A stretch of DNA of 64,000 bases from Eledone cirrhosa (taxonomy: Eukaryota), in assembly GCA_964016885.1 (NCBI GenBank), contig OZ024755.1, positions 19,158,001 through 19,222,000 of the forward strand, given 5' to 3'. Shown piece after piece: positions 35,727 through 49,850 of this stretch (positions are counted from its first letter, which is position 1; each line of letters starts with the position of its first letter). Below the pieces are notes generated by a model. The model was not told the DNA's origin, did not search any database, and saw only the letters and a list, made by a program, of their open reading frames with translations. The position numbers and the translations under genes were made by a program.

Positions 35727-35925
35727 GGTGGTGGGTTGGCTGTATCAGTAGGGCATCAAATAACATGCTTTACAGCAGAGAATTGTGGTCCTTTACATTC
35801 TGGGGATAACTTTGCCTTTCATCTTTACAGGGTCAATAAAATAAAGCACCAGTAATGCACTGGAGTTCATTTAATCAACTTTCCACTCCCCAAAAATTGT
35901 TGGCCTTGTGTCTAAATCAGAAATC
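35727..35925 (+). mobile_element. Deu/Nin SINE (old)
   Basis: ctttgcctttcatctttacagggtcaataaaataaagcaccag. Confidence 0.75.
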
Positions 35926-36579
35926 AATATACTAAGGCCACATCTTTCGGCAGTAATGAAAGGACCAATAGAAAGATTCTTTCCTTGGTCCAATTTTATG
36001 ATTGACTCCTTTTTTGTTGTCAAATCGATGATAGAAGTGGTGGTGGGTGCTTATATTCAGGGTCAATATTTTACCATATTCAAATTCTACATAAATAAGG
36101 TTTGAATCTCTCAGACATAAAATAGTGGGGTCGGCTTATATTTGAGAATATATATGGTATGTAGGTGGGAAAGAAATTTCAGAGAATAGTGATTCTAAGG
36201 ATAAATAATTTAATGAAGTGTTTTATGAAGGACCTGAGAGGTAAAATACAGTAGGTTGACAAGAAGAAGGAGAAGAAGATAGACAGGTATGCTATGTTGG
36301 TTGTGTCTGAGTGGGGAGGGTATACAAATAGCTAGTTCAGGTGAGCAGGGCGATTGTAGCAGAGAGAAACTACTGTATATCTGTAGTTGATCAGTGAATC
36401 ACTGTCAATGCACACATTTTGCTAACCCCGCTACCAAAATATTTGGTTTTGTGCTTATGGTAGAAAAAATTATTATTCCACTATCTCATAGAATTTTGAT
36501 TGTAAAAAAAAATTCACTCTGACACAATCTTTTTTTTTCAGTGTCTTTTATTAGCTTATATGTATTCTCTTTTCTTTAT

Positions 36580-36895
36580 AGGCAGCGGATTGGCAGTCAT
36601 TTGAACATTGGAACACTTTGCGGTATATGTTTTGGCTCTCTGAGTTCAAATCCTGCTGAGGTCAACTTTGCCTTTCATACTTTCGAGGTCGATAAAAAAA
36701 AGTACCAGTCTAGTACTGGGGTCTATTCTTCCTCTATATCTCTTTCTCACTTCCATTCTCTCTATCCTTCTCTGGAAGAAAGCTTCTGTATTTAAACCTG
36801 GAGAAGAGATGGGCTCCACCAGGTTTTAAAAAAACCCAAGAAACACTGTATGTCAATGCAGCACCCCAACAACCCCCTCAGGAGCCATGCATGAA
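36580..36895 (+). mobile_element. Deu/Nin SINE, long-tail subfamily
   Basis: GAGTTCAAATCC B-box, Nin domain, shared tail. Confidence 0.85.
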
Positions 36896-38712
36896 TTCTT
36901 GTTTTACTCATCTTATCTCTTTCTTTTTTGTACTCTCTTATATTCAGACATTAAGGTCAAAAGCAAATAATTAAATCAGAAGAGAGAAAGAACGAATGAT
37001 ATGTTAAGAGGTCTGAATTTTGTTTTACATAATTGAGAACATAACAACAGATTGAAACCAAATGTAATTGCAAGATAAAACAACTGGGTGAAATGTGAAA
37101 CATCTTGTGATATTTGGCTACCTTTCTTGTTCATTTGTTTTTTGTTTGTTTCAAAGAAAATTATATCTATTCTATAAGAATAAATTAAGGCCCTGTCAGA
37201 AGAAAGCAATAAAGAACATTTTTAAGAGAAAATCATTTGATATAAACAAAACCAAATAAGTAAAAGTAGAAAAAATACTGCAATAGATTTCAGATAAAGG
37301 AATGTATGTTTTCTTTCTACTGTTTTTCCAAGTTTTCCAGGCAAATTAAGATGTTAAAACGAAAATGAAACGAATATTTGTTAATTGAATTTCATCCATT
37401 TACTGTTAAGATTATATTTCTTCAAAAAATATTAAATTAAGGATTCAAAAGCAAAAAATTCTAAGATAGACTCGCATTTCAAAGAGCAATTGATAGTTTA
37501 TTTAGTGAAGGAAAATTAAAAGTGCTGATAAATGAATACATATGTGATGAGGAATAAGGATTCCAACAAGTTTATTATAGTAAAAGCCCATTAGCACACA
37601 CTATGAAAATAGTATAAACACAATTATAATAGCTAAAACTAAATCTTGATATTATTTCAGTTCAAATTTAACCAAAATTAAAATACAATATTTCTAATAA
37701 AAGATAGCACCTATATATTTTAATAAATTTTTTAAATAATCAAGAATTTGGATGAATTCAGTAGCGCAGCCTACATTTTTGTTATTAAACTGATGTTCAG
37801 ACCATTACTTTCAAAAGATCCTACATAAATTATGATGGATGAAAGGTTAATATATGCATGAGCACTTTAAGTGGAGCAGTTTTGTATCACAAAACCATGA
37901 TGGTGAAGTAAATTCGTTAACCATACAGCCCTGCCTGAACTGTCAATCTTGACTTTATTTGTTTTTAATTTTGTTTCCTTTCTCAATCAATTGTGTACAA
38001 TTCCCAAATATATCATCATTTCAATTGAGAACCAATTATTGTATGATCATTCTTTTAACAATAAAAGAAACAGATTCAGTGATCAATAAAAACACGCTTT
38101 ATTGTTCCAAAATATTTTTTACAATAATTGGTTCTTGATTCAAAGCGTTATATATTTTAAAATCAATAACATCATTTGAGAAGCACACTTCATCAAGGAT
38201 CAAATTTTTGTAAGAAATGCGCCAAAGAAAACTACCCTATTGATTGAAATGTTAAGAGACAAGTTATATGAGGCTTACAATGCACCACAGAAATTAATAG
38301 ATACAGTATATACCTTTAAGGTCAGGTGAACCTCATATCAAGATGATATTCTGTCATTCATAGAAATTATTTAGGAGAAAATGCAATAAGGTAACTAGAC
38401 ACCAAACCTAAACAACATCCTTACAAACTAGAATCAATTCCCAAATGATTTTTTTCAAACACAACTAACCAATTCACAAATAGATTTCATCAATATTGGA
38501 AAACAAGATTAAATTCAACACTCCAGTAAAAACAATGATGATGATGCATTTTTTTAATTTTTAAATCTGATTTTACAGGCCATGCTTAACAGTTATAAAG
38601 TAGAAATTTTATTTTGCAGTCAATTATATTAAAGATCTCCCTGTCTATCAAATTATTTTTCCTAGAGATGATAGAACACAGAGATCTGTCCTAAATTTCA
38701 GATACCTTAAAC

Positions 38713-39001
38713 CAGATCTTTCCAAACTTTCATATTAGTGACACATTTTAAAAATAATTTTTTTTTTTAATTACACATTAATTAAAATTTCCTAGTGGCA
38801 TAAAATTAATTAAATCAGTAAACAATCAAAAGTCACATCGTAGGTCACTAATTATGTGTCAAATTGTATACAAGGTTGTCAGGTATCAATTATACTTCAC
38901 AAACATTCATAAAAATTATTCAGATGTGATTTAATTTCACAACACATAGAGATTATCAGTGATACACGACAATGTCATGAAACACAGTTGGAAACCTTCT
39001 G
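38713..39001. mobile_element. hAT-type MITE
   Basis: CAGATCTTTCCAAACT...AGTTGGAAACCTTCTG; homologous to 58172-58458. Confidence 0.7.
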
Positions 39002-40499
39002 CTCTAAAACCAAGTTTATGTCACTTCTGTCTCTATAATTGTAGGTCACCTGAAAAAAAAAACCCTGATTCTACAATATAAAACTGTTTGCTTTATTTTA
39101 TTAAGATCCAAACCTTATTTATATAGAATTTGAAGTTGGTGAAATCATCAAAATATTGACCCTGGATATAAGCACCACCCCTATCCCCATTCTACCATCA
39201 ATTGTTGAGGGGTCACATATTCCTTGGCTTATATTCTAGTATATACAGTGTATTACTACATAAATTCAAAAATCTTGATTATTTTCAAAATTATCTAGAA
39301 ATCATAGGCAGTGTTTGTTTTTATAAAAAAAGTATGTTGAAATTGTTCAGTAACAGTCACAGTGTTTATCTGATCATTCAAAACTAATATTTTTTACTGA
39401 TACATGGTATTGATCCAAAATTTGATGAAAAGATTTAGTAAACACTGAATTTAGTATTTGGCAAGCGTCAACAAAAAATTACAAACTTTGAATTTCTGAT
39501 TGGCAACTGTCAGTAGCAGCATGTTTACATCTGTGCTAACTTAAACTGTTTCCTAAATTCCAAATCAAAATAAAGGTCTGTTCTTTGTTGGTAATTACTT
39601 AATTAAATTATTTTCGACTTCCTTTCAAATTAATAACCCTTTAGGTTATTAATTTAAATGGTTTGTGAACCTCCATCAATTTAAAATTCTTAATGTAACT
39701 AATTAACTTTCCTTAAATGAAGAAAAAAAAATTGTTTGTGAATTACCACCAACAATGCATGTCCCATCATCACCAGTATCATCATCATCAGCCTAACTGA
39801 CATCTTCTAGCCAGACTTTCAAGGCTTGCAGCAAAACTTATCAGCTTCTAAAAGCTTGTATAAAGTGGATATTAAGTAAAAATACATTTAGAAAGAGGTT
39901 ATCTACAACAGCAGACTGCTTGCTCTAAAGTGAAATAGTATCTATTAAAGAATTACTGAACTTTAATTTAAATGAAAATACATATATTTTACATATATTC
40001 ACTGTCATCAAGTTTTCCAAAAACGAAGGGTAAGAAAAATATTGTGGTAGAAAGTGAGGGAGGAATAATGGTAGAATGTGAGGGAGCTGATAAGGTTTGA
40101 AGTGTCAGTAAAATACAGTTGGTTACAGAGAGAATTCATAAATAAGAGAAAAAAGAAAATTACAATCTTTTTTACAAACCTATAATGAAACATTAGTTAC
40201 ACTGTGGAAAAGACATTTTAACTATTTAAAAATCTTCACAAACTAAATGAAAAATGAGTTTTGTGTGATGTTTTAATGACTCTTCCATGATGTAATTGCT
40301 TCAGGACTCAAATTAAGTTAGTGCTAACTGAGTGCTTAAGACAGAGAACACTGAAAAACTAACTTGAAATAAAATTGTAGTGAGAAAAGAAACCATCCAG
40401 ACATATTTCAGCTATATCCAGACATGTTTCACCTTATTAGTAAAACAGACTTCACCATAGTTGCTGAAGTAGAGATGAGAGAAGATGAAGAAAAAGAAA

Positions 40500-40718
40500 T
40501 AGTCAATCGACTTTCATCAAATCGGACTGAGGAAACAATGTTTCGGTTGGTCTTTCCAATTGCTAATACTATCTATCAGTCACAACTCCAGGTAGAAGAA
40601 GCAACGTGAAATAAAGTGTCTTGCTCAAGGACATAACGCATCGCCCGGTCCAGGAATCGAACTGACAACCTCACAATTGCGAATCCAGTTCTCTAACCAC
40701 TCGGCCATGCACCTTCAC
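40500..40718 (-). mobile_element. tRNA-headed SINE
   Basis: Reverse complement of gtgaaggtgcatggccgagtggttagag...cagttcgattcctgg; similar copy at 21100-21303. Confidence 0.85.
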
Positions 40719-42854
40719 AAGATGAGAGAACCATTAAGCAAAAGTAGAAATATATACACTAGCTGTTGAGAAATCTAGAAGAGTCAGCTTAATCAACATG
40801 AAAAATAATAGTTAGTTTGATAACATATTTAATACAGGAAATATTAAAGTAGTTGAAAACTTGCGACGGGGTGAGCAGACAACAAAAGGATCTTTAGAAG
40901 AAGAACCCACCTCAAGCATTTCGGCCGGCCCTTGATTCCTCCTAACACACTAAGGGAGCCGGGTCCACCTAAGTCATGACTCCTAGGTGCCCTCCTGCTA
41001 GTTCCTTTCCTAGATGAAGGTTTAAACAAGGTTTATTTTTTGTGGATGACAAGCTGTTGCCTATGTTTATATCACTCCTTAACTTAATTGTTCATTATTA
41101 TCATCTAATTTAACGTCTTCTTTCAAAGCATCTCTCAAAGGCTCTTTCAAAGCATCTCTCAAGAGTGTTACATGTTAATTTAATCAACTTGTCCCTTTGT
41201 TAGAATTACTTCAGAAATTGCAGTCATAAAGTTTTCTGAGTGCTCAATATATTAACCAAAGAAATGAACACAACAAAAAATGGAGGGGTAGGGGGGGGGG
41301 GTATCCAAATAGAGCAAAAAGACAATATATTTACCATGTTGCAAATCCTATTTTGTCTAACTAAATGATAGAATACATAGAAGCCTTTGTACTTTATAAT
41401 TGGAAAATACACAGACAACAAACTTATATTATTTATCAAAATAGAAATAAATCTAATGAAACATTAAGATGATATATAGTATTTTCAGAGAGTCAAATAT
41501 TTATTTACTGTATTTTTTAATAGCAATATGAAACACTGAAATGAACCAACAACTCCCTTTGGGGTTGGTTCTAACAGAAAACAGGATACTGGCAAAGAAA
41601 GTTTTAAAAAAAAAACCTTCTTGTGTATGTCTTATATTTATTAAGAAATTACTGAATCCCACTTCCAAATGATAAACATTAACAGAGATGTGGGGTTTAA
41701 CTACAAACAAAAACAAAATTGAAAAAAAGGAAGAATAACAGGGTACTGGCAGATGTTAAACATTTCTAATCATTAATACCCAGAGTTATTCAGTGCACAC
41801 ACAAATTTCCATGCAATTAATCAAGAGATTTTTTTTTTTTTAGCAGTGCAATAAATGCATTTATTTTAGTGCAGGCTGTATATATGAGAAATACAACATA
41901 TTACAAGATGAAAAAGTTGCTCTGTTTTCATAAACCTGTGTATATTTTAAGTGGTCTTCGAAAAGCAAAAGTGTATTTTCAAAATCTCATTTTTCTTATT
42001 CATCTTTTGCTTTGAATTTGTCTCTTTGTATATAAGAGAGCTTATGTTAGAATTGATTAATAGAAGCTGTAGAGAGTAGATACTGCTCTGAAACCACATA
42101 TTCCTGTTAACAGTAAAAGATCAGTTTAACTAATTTTTGCATTTTATACTACTTCCTCAAAGGACAGTTACTCATATTTCTGACAACATCTTATAGTTAT
42201 GTATAGTATAGGCAAACTCCTATAGATATAAATTAGTCTGTTTTAATTTGCATAACAGTGCAAGCAATGTGAATTAATTAATTAATTAATTAATAGAAGT
42301 ACTACATAGCATTGTTTTATGTAAAAGAACTGAAAGGTATATTTTCAAGTGAGTGTTTTTAGTAAACATAAATTTTTAGCATTTGCAAATTTAATCTTGG
42401 ATGTGGTTTCTTCCAGAGATCAACAATCTTATCTTTAAAGCAGCACAGGCCTCTATCTAAGGGGGCCTCTATGTGTTCATTTGCACTAATAGAAATTACA
42501 ACCAAATCTCCCTTAAAATCATAACCTACCATCTTAGAAAAGATGTACACATTGGATAATGTGGTCTGATGCACTCTTTTTAGAATAAATGTAGGATAGT
42601 CATGGCTGGAATACCTTTCAATCATAGATCTACTCAATTAGGGCTGCACTGATGCTAAACAACAATAACAATCTAGTTTTATCTCTGAACTTTGATGATA
42701 TAGTTGGAATCTAAAGTGGAATCTCATGTCCATACTGTCAATTGCTTATGATATTGATTTCTAGTTATAGTACAATGCTACCAGTTGATAGAGAAGATAT
42801 ATAGAGGATTGAGTAGATCTTAGAAAAACTAAAGGCCAAATTATTAGAATTAAG

Positions 42855-43465
42855 AATATAAAGGAAGATGACTGGGTGAAGAAGTGCTGGGATATTCCAG
42901 TTGAAGGAAGCCACAGTAGAGATAAGCCAAGGAAGACTTGGGTTGAAGTGGTGAAAGCTGATCTCAAATCGCTGAGACTCACAGAGGAGATGACAAAGGA
43001 TCACAGCAAGTAGAGAGATTGCTGTGCTGAAATGTCTCAGTCCAACCCATGTGAGCATGGAAAAATGGACATTAAAACAATGATGATGTCTGTGTGTGTA
43101 TGTGTATGCTGGTGTCTCTGTTTACCCATAACTTATTGGTTTAACAAAAGGAAGTCAATCAAATAACTACAAGACTTATCCCTTTAAGGTAGCGGTACCA
43201 CATCATGGCAACAGTCTAATAACTGGAACCAGTGAATAAATGAATAATAATATATGATCAAAAAGTACCAGGAAATGCCAGTGGAAGGAAGTCACAGTAG
43301 AGGTAGAACAAGAAAGACCTGGGCAGAGGTTGTAAGAGCTGACCTCAAATCACAGACTCACAGAGGCGATGACAAAGGACTGCGATGTCTGGAGAGATGT
43401 TGTACTTCAAAGGACCCATTCAACCCATACAAGTGTGGAAAAGTAGATGTAACGATGATGAAACT
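42855..43465 (+). mobile_element. Two RTE 3' tail fragments (42855-43090, 43255-43465)
   Basis: VEGSHSRGRTRKTWAEVVRADL motif and (GAT)n tails. Confidence 0.75.
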
Positions 43466-44119
43466 ATGAAGAAGATCAGTAAGTAGACTATAAGCAAACA
43501 TATTCGCTAATATTCAATATAAAAAATAAATGATTCCCACAATAACGTTGAAGATACTGATAAGCAAGTAAAAGATGGATGTTTAATTATACAAAGAAAT
43601 GTCTTTTCTCTTTTTATTTTTTTTCTATTATCCTTTGCTCTTTATTCACACACTGATGCTATCTATTGTAAAGGATGGGAATCCATGGTTCAGAACAAGA
43701 ATAGATACTTTGTGTAGTCATTAAACATAACAGCATATTTTCATAGCTTGAAAATGCTCAATAATAACAATGTTGATGGTGATGACGATGTTGATGATAA
43801 TAATAAGGATAACAATGATGATGATGAAGGTGGGGATGGTGGTGGTGGTGATGATAAAGGGTTATGACGAAGGTGGGGACAGTGATGGTGGTGAATATTA
43901 TGGTGATGAGGATGATGATGATGAAATATTTTATAGAGGATACAACTAGTGCTGTTTGCAAAAATTACTGTATAGGTCACACATCCAGTTTACATTTTAC
44001 AGACATACAATTACAATGTACCATATATTTTGAAATGATGTTTTTAGGTAAAACCAAAACAAGAAATGGTGGAGGTCAATCAGGGAGGGGTTCCTCTGGT
44101 AGATCCTAGATTGAATGAA

Positions 44120-44365
44120 TATGAGGTCAACTTTGCCTTTGATCCATTTGAGGTCGATAAAAAAAGTACCAATTTAGTACTGAGGTCAATTCTTCCTCTA
44201 TTCTATATCTCTTTCTTACTTTCATTCGCTCATTCTCTATTTTTCTATGGAAAAAAAATCTGCTGTATTTAGGCCTGCAGAGGGGATGGGCTCTGCCAAA
44301 TTTTTTTAATTCCCTTAAGAAATGCTGTATGTCAATACGGTGCTCCTACAACTCCCTCAGGAGTT
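44120..44365 (+). mobile_element. Deu/Nin SINE, long-tail subfamily (5'-truncated)
   Basis: Nin domain and shared tail. Confidence 0.8.
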
Positions 44366-45189
44366 CGAGTTCAGACCATACCATATATCACATGCTGGTT
44401 TTCCAAAATGTATTTCAGTGGAGAAAAAGGGGGACTTATACACAAGTACATATTGTATTTTACAAGAGACAATTTCAAAGAAATGTTCACATTCAAAAAG
44501 GAACTTCAACATTCTAATAACTACTACTTCTGCTTCTACTTTACTGAAAATGTGTGGAAGAAATGAAATATGGTTTGATAGCTAGTGACAAGTGGTATTT
44601 TGAGACATAATGAAGCCATTGCGAAAATCATTATTGTTAAATCTTCCTTTATTAATTTCATGGCTACAGTGTTTGACAGCCGATATATGCTTACGTAGCC
44701 TGAAAAGTAAATAGATTTTCAACTAAATGTCTATCAAGACAAACTTGTTTAGATACATATATCTTTTCAAAGGCCAGATAAACATTCATGTACCAAGAAT
44801 ATTCTAATAGAATCAAAGAATATTCTAATAGAAAGAAACATACACACACTGAAGATATTTAATAGCATGTTATCATCATTGAGTTAAGTTAGTTTTCCAT
44901 CATTACAGTGAGTCATTGAAATCTATCAAGATGCTCATATTGTGACTTTACTAACAAATCAATAACTGATGAGACACAGATCCTACATCCTGGAAAGAAT
45001 TACCAAACCATGAAACAAGAAAATTTCATCATGATAGACATAAACAAAAACAATGATTTACTAAGTTTACAAAGTATAAAATAAGAAGAAAGATGCAAAG
45101 GAAAATAATGCTTTTATCTTTGTTTATGTATGTGTGCATGTGTATAGATGTGTACATAAATATGTCGACACACAAATATGTGTATATAT

Positions 45190-45661
<472 letters not shown>

Positions 45662-46338
45662 TACAAAACGGAAGGAGCTATGTGGTTACTAAAAACAAGG
45701 TTTAGGATGGTGGTTAGGACGGAACAGGAAGAGAAAGGAAGAAAGGAGTTTCCATCGTCAGCTGTAAATGTTTCCCGAACCGATGTGTTCGGCACTGAAT
45801 TACAAGATATTGGTGTAGTTCGGGTGTGCCTGAGGCCTTTTATAAAACAAAAGGCCAGGTGGAAAAGGAGAGAGAAAGAGAGAAAAAAAGAGAGAGAAAA
45901 GGAAAGAGAGGGAAAGGAGGAAGAACAGGGGGGAAAAAGATAAGGAGAGAGGAAGAAAGGGGGAAGGGAAAAGGGGATATATATCAGGATGATAACATGC
46001 ATACATCCACATAAATATATCAAATATATAAATGCATAGATGTGTGTATTTATATATATATATATATATATATAGGTATTAGAGGTGCATATGAAGCATA
46101 TGTAATTAAAAATGTATATGACACAACAGAGATTCTTTGTTCCCGTATATTTATATATATATATTATTAATTTTAATATATTCCAGCATGCCTTTGCATA
46201 TATACTAGACTATATATATACAGGTGATAACTCATAAAGGATTATGTATCACACTGAAAATGGTGAGGACTAAGATTAGAAATTATTCCTAAATATGCAT
46301 CCATTTCTGGAGTCTTAACTTGTGCCCTCATGACATAT

Positions 46339-46670
46339 AATAATAATGAAATTATTGTGTACAGTGCTCAGGTGCACTACAACTCATCAAAGGTGTATGT
46401 ATAGTACATAGAATAATACACAAATGTCAGAGAAGTACATGTGTGTATGTGTTAGCTGTAGTGTTGGCGGATCTCGGGAAGCATGGAGGCCTTAAAGGAT
46501 GCAGTGTCTCGACAGCTAACAACTGATGCAGGTAGTTTGTTCCATGCTTCAGCAACTCTGAGCGTGAAAAAATGTTTCCGAAAGTCATGGGAACTGTGCT
46601 GTTTTCTTACTTTGTGGGCATGTCCACGTGTGTTAGACACATGGAAATCAAGATGTGTCTTTGGTGCTTA
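46339..46670 (-). mobile_element. CR1 LINE 3' end
   Basis: TRGHAHKV...FFTLRVAEAWNKLP; (ATT)n tail. Confidence 0.9.
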
Positions 46671-46867
46671 AACTTCACTTAGTTCTCTACAGGTCTGAAC
46701 TCAGTTGATTTCTTCTAGAGGAAGTAAAAAAAGTGAGAAAAAGATATAGAGGAAAAGTCAGCTCTAATAGTTGACTGGTATTTTATCAACCTCTAAGAAT
46801 GAAAGACATAGTTGATCTTAGCAGAATTTGAACTCACAGCACAAAGAGACAGAATGAATACCAACAA

Positions 46868-47310
46868 ATCAGAAAACAGCACAGTTCCCATGACTTTCAT
46901 AGACATTTTTTCATGCTCAGAGTTGCTGAAGCATGGAACAAACTGCCTGCATCAGTTGTTAGCTGCTGAGACACTGCATCATTTAAGACACTCATGCTTC
47001 CCAAAATATGCCAAAACTACACCTGATGTACCCCTTCCATACACATGCACACATGTGTGTATCATGAGTCGTGCACTGTTCATTTTCCTGATGTTTGTGC
47101 ATTGCCCTATGTACTGTACATGCACTTTTTGATGAGTTGTGGTGCACCTGGTCACTGTACACAATATTTCATTATTATTATTATATCATGACTCATACAC
47201 TGTTCATTTTCCTGACATTTGTACATTATTCTATGTACTATACATGCACCTTTGATGAGTTGTAGTGCACCTGAGCACTGTACACAATAATTTCATTATT
47301 ATTATTATTA
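46868..47310 (+). mobile_element. CR1 LINE 3' end (older copy, 3' UTR tandemly duplicated)
   Basis: agttgctgaagcatggaacaaactgcctgc; two (ATT)n tails at ~47170 and ~47295. Confidence 0.88.
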
Positions 47311-48179
47311 TAATCCTTTTATCTGGCGTTCCAATATCTCTGCCAATTTACCACCATAATCCTAAATACATCCATAAATACAAATTTATTTTTCTGAAAA
47401 CTAATGTTAATAAATATACAAATACTCTTCTCTGCAAATCACTGTGGATTACCCCCCAAAATTAGTTAATATAAATTACAATTAGATTATCTAATCACAA
47501 TAAAGGACCACTGCAAACTAGCAAATTTTATGTTAACCTTTTTTTTTTCATTTTATTTATTTATTTATTTATTTATTGCAGTGAATATTTTAAATCATGA
47601 AATTTAAAATCTGAAAGGTTTTCAAGCAAAACTTTATATAATAAAATTCATATCAGTATAACAAAACAAAACTAATTTTTGTAATCAATTCAAAATATAT
47701 TTTATGAAAGAATTTTTTTAACTTGGACTGTTTTGTGCTCACCACTTCAGTGAACATTTTAATAATTTTCAGCAACATCTAAGAGAACTGAATTCTTTAA
47801 AAATTCTACTGAAATATATTGTGTGATAAATAAACACTGTTTTGTGTTTAGATTATTACTGTTATTAACCTGTGTTTTTGATTTGTTTTGTTTTTTTTCA
47901 ATTCATTCAAATTGGATCAAATAGACTTTATAATCAAAGCAATTTCTGAAAGATGCATTCTACCATTGCCAACTAGAATTTAAAATGGTAAACAGAAAAT
48001 GTGGGAGGTGAGGAAGATTCTAATAGAATGAAAATAGGAGGGGGAAACCCTTTAACAGTTATATGAGGCAATTTTAAATGTCAAACTGTTGCTATGGTAA
48101 ATTTTGATATTAATAAGAAAATTAAATGCAACAAGGTGAACATGTATGTCTAAAGGATAGACCTTAATCCATATATCAT

Positions 48180-48870
48180 CAACATCATCATCATCACCAT
48201 TTAACATCCATTTTTCCATGCTAGCATGGGTTAGACAAGTTGTCCTGTTGTGGGCAATGCTAGGCCAGGTGATTATGCCTTGCTCATACAGAACTGCTTT
48301 GGGCTTGGTTTCTACAGCTGGATGCCCTTGCTAATGCCAACCATATTTACAGTGTGGGCTGAGTGCTTCTTTTTGTGACACCTACATGACCACTTTACAG
48401 TGCAGGCTGGGTGTTCTTTGTTGTGAGACCTACACAACCACTTTACAGTGCAGGCTGGGTGTTGTTTGTTGTGAGACCTACACAACCACTTTACAGTGCA
48501 GGCTGGGTGTTGTTTGTTGTGAGACCTACACAACCATTTTACAGTGCAGGCTGGGTGTTGTTTGTTGTGAGACCTACACACCCACTTTACAGTGTGGGTT
48601 GGATGCTTCTTTTTGTGACACCTACATGACCACTTTACGGTGCAGGCTGGGTGTTGTTTGTTGTGAGACCTACACAACCACTTTACAGTGCAGGCTGGGT
48701 GTTGTTTGTTGTGAGACCTACACAACCACTTACAGTGCAGGCTGGGTGTTGTTTGTTGTGAGACCTACACAACCACTTTACAGTGCAGGCTGGGTGTTGT
48801 TTGTTGTGAGACCTACACAACCACTTTACAGTGTGGGCTGACCGCTTTTTGTCGTATCACCACCACAACC
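48180..48870 (-). mobile_element. RTE-tail element with an internal 48-bp tandem array (~11 units, 48345-48870)
   Basis: Unit ACCACTTTACAGTGCAGGCTGGGTGTTGTTTGTTGTGAGACCTACACA, contiguous with the SINE/RTE tail. Confidence 0.9.
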
Positions 48871-48947
48871 ACTTTATACAATGGACCAGCTGCTTTCTCG
48901 GTCTTCATATGAGCAAGACACAGTCACTAGATCTGACCGGTCTCAAA

Positions 48948-49285
48948 ACATTACTGGTACTTTATTTTATTAACACAGTAAACATGAAAGGCAAAGCAAA
49001 TGTCGGCAGGATTTATACTGAGAATGTAAAGGTTTGTAACTATATACCACAAAGTATGTTGTCTGATGCTCTACCGATACTGCCAATCAAATAATTGTTT
49101 CTACTTTTGGCACAAGGCCAGCAATTATCCCAGTGCATTACTAGTACTTTATTTTATCAACCCCCGTAAGGATGAAAGGCAAAGCTAACCTTGGCAAGAT
49201 TTGAACTCAGAATGTAATGGTTTGTAACTATATACCACAAAGCATGTTGTCTGATGCTCTACCGATACTGCCAATCAAATAATAA
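48948..49285 (-). mobile_element. Two tandem Deu/Nin SINEs
   Basis: Two reverse heads ending ccgatactgccaatc at ~49090 and ~49276. Confidence 0.85.
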
Positions 49286-49801
49286 TAAATATTTTGTTTT
49301 AATATTGTCAAAAGGAAATCATTAGTTTTATTCATAGAAGCTATATCTCAAATGTGAAAATTGGAATATGACATTTAAGGATGTTTGCTTTAATACTAAA
49401 AAAAAACCACCCCAAAAAACAAAAACCATTTACATGTATGAATAATATTTATTGAATGTTAACACTTTGCCTTAAAGCTTATCTCTAATGAAACAAAAGG
49501 TAGTTTAAATGTTAATGATTGTTAACAATTCAGATCAATATTTTCTATTTAAAATATTTTCTAAAGAAAAGAAATTCCAGTCAGGGTTAGAACTACAGGT
49601 TTGGTAAATTTGACAGGATCTGAAATGCATACATTTTCATCTAAACATATTCTAAATGTCTATAATGCCATATCCGGCCAAAGTTTTAGTGTTTAGCAAT
49701 AATTCTTGTGTTGATTATCAAAACAAGGCTTTTCCAACTCTAATGAATACACATTCTATTAATAACTAAAATCCATTTCCTGTTTCTGCTCAAAAGACTA
49801 A

Positions 49802-49850
<49 letters not shown>

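Noticed and set aside
40925-40995. Twister or HDV-like ribozyme on the + strand
   Set aside because: Has UAACAC and GCCGG strings, but the required pseudoknot pairings could not be built
44967-45010. CTGATGA...GAAAG hammerhead
   Set aside because: No stem I or stem III pairing
48312-48841. Cys/His-rich 16-aa-repeat ORFs resembling zinc-binding proteins
   Set aside because: A 48-bp tandem amplification of a retroelement tail module
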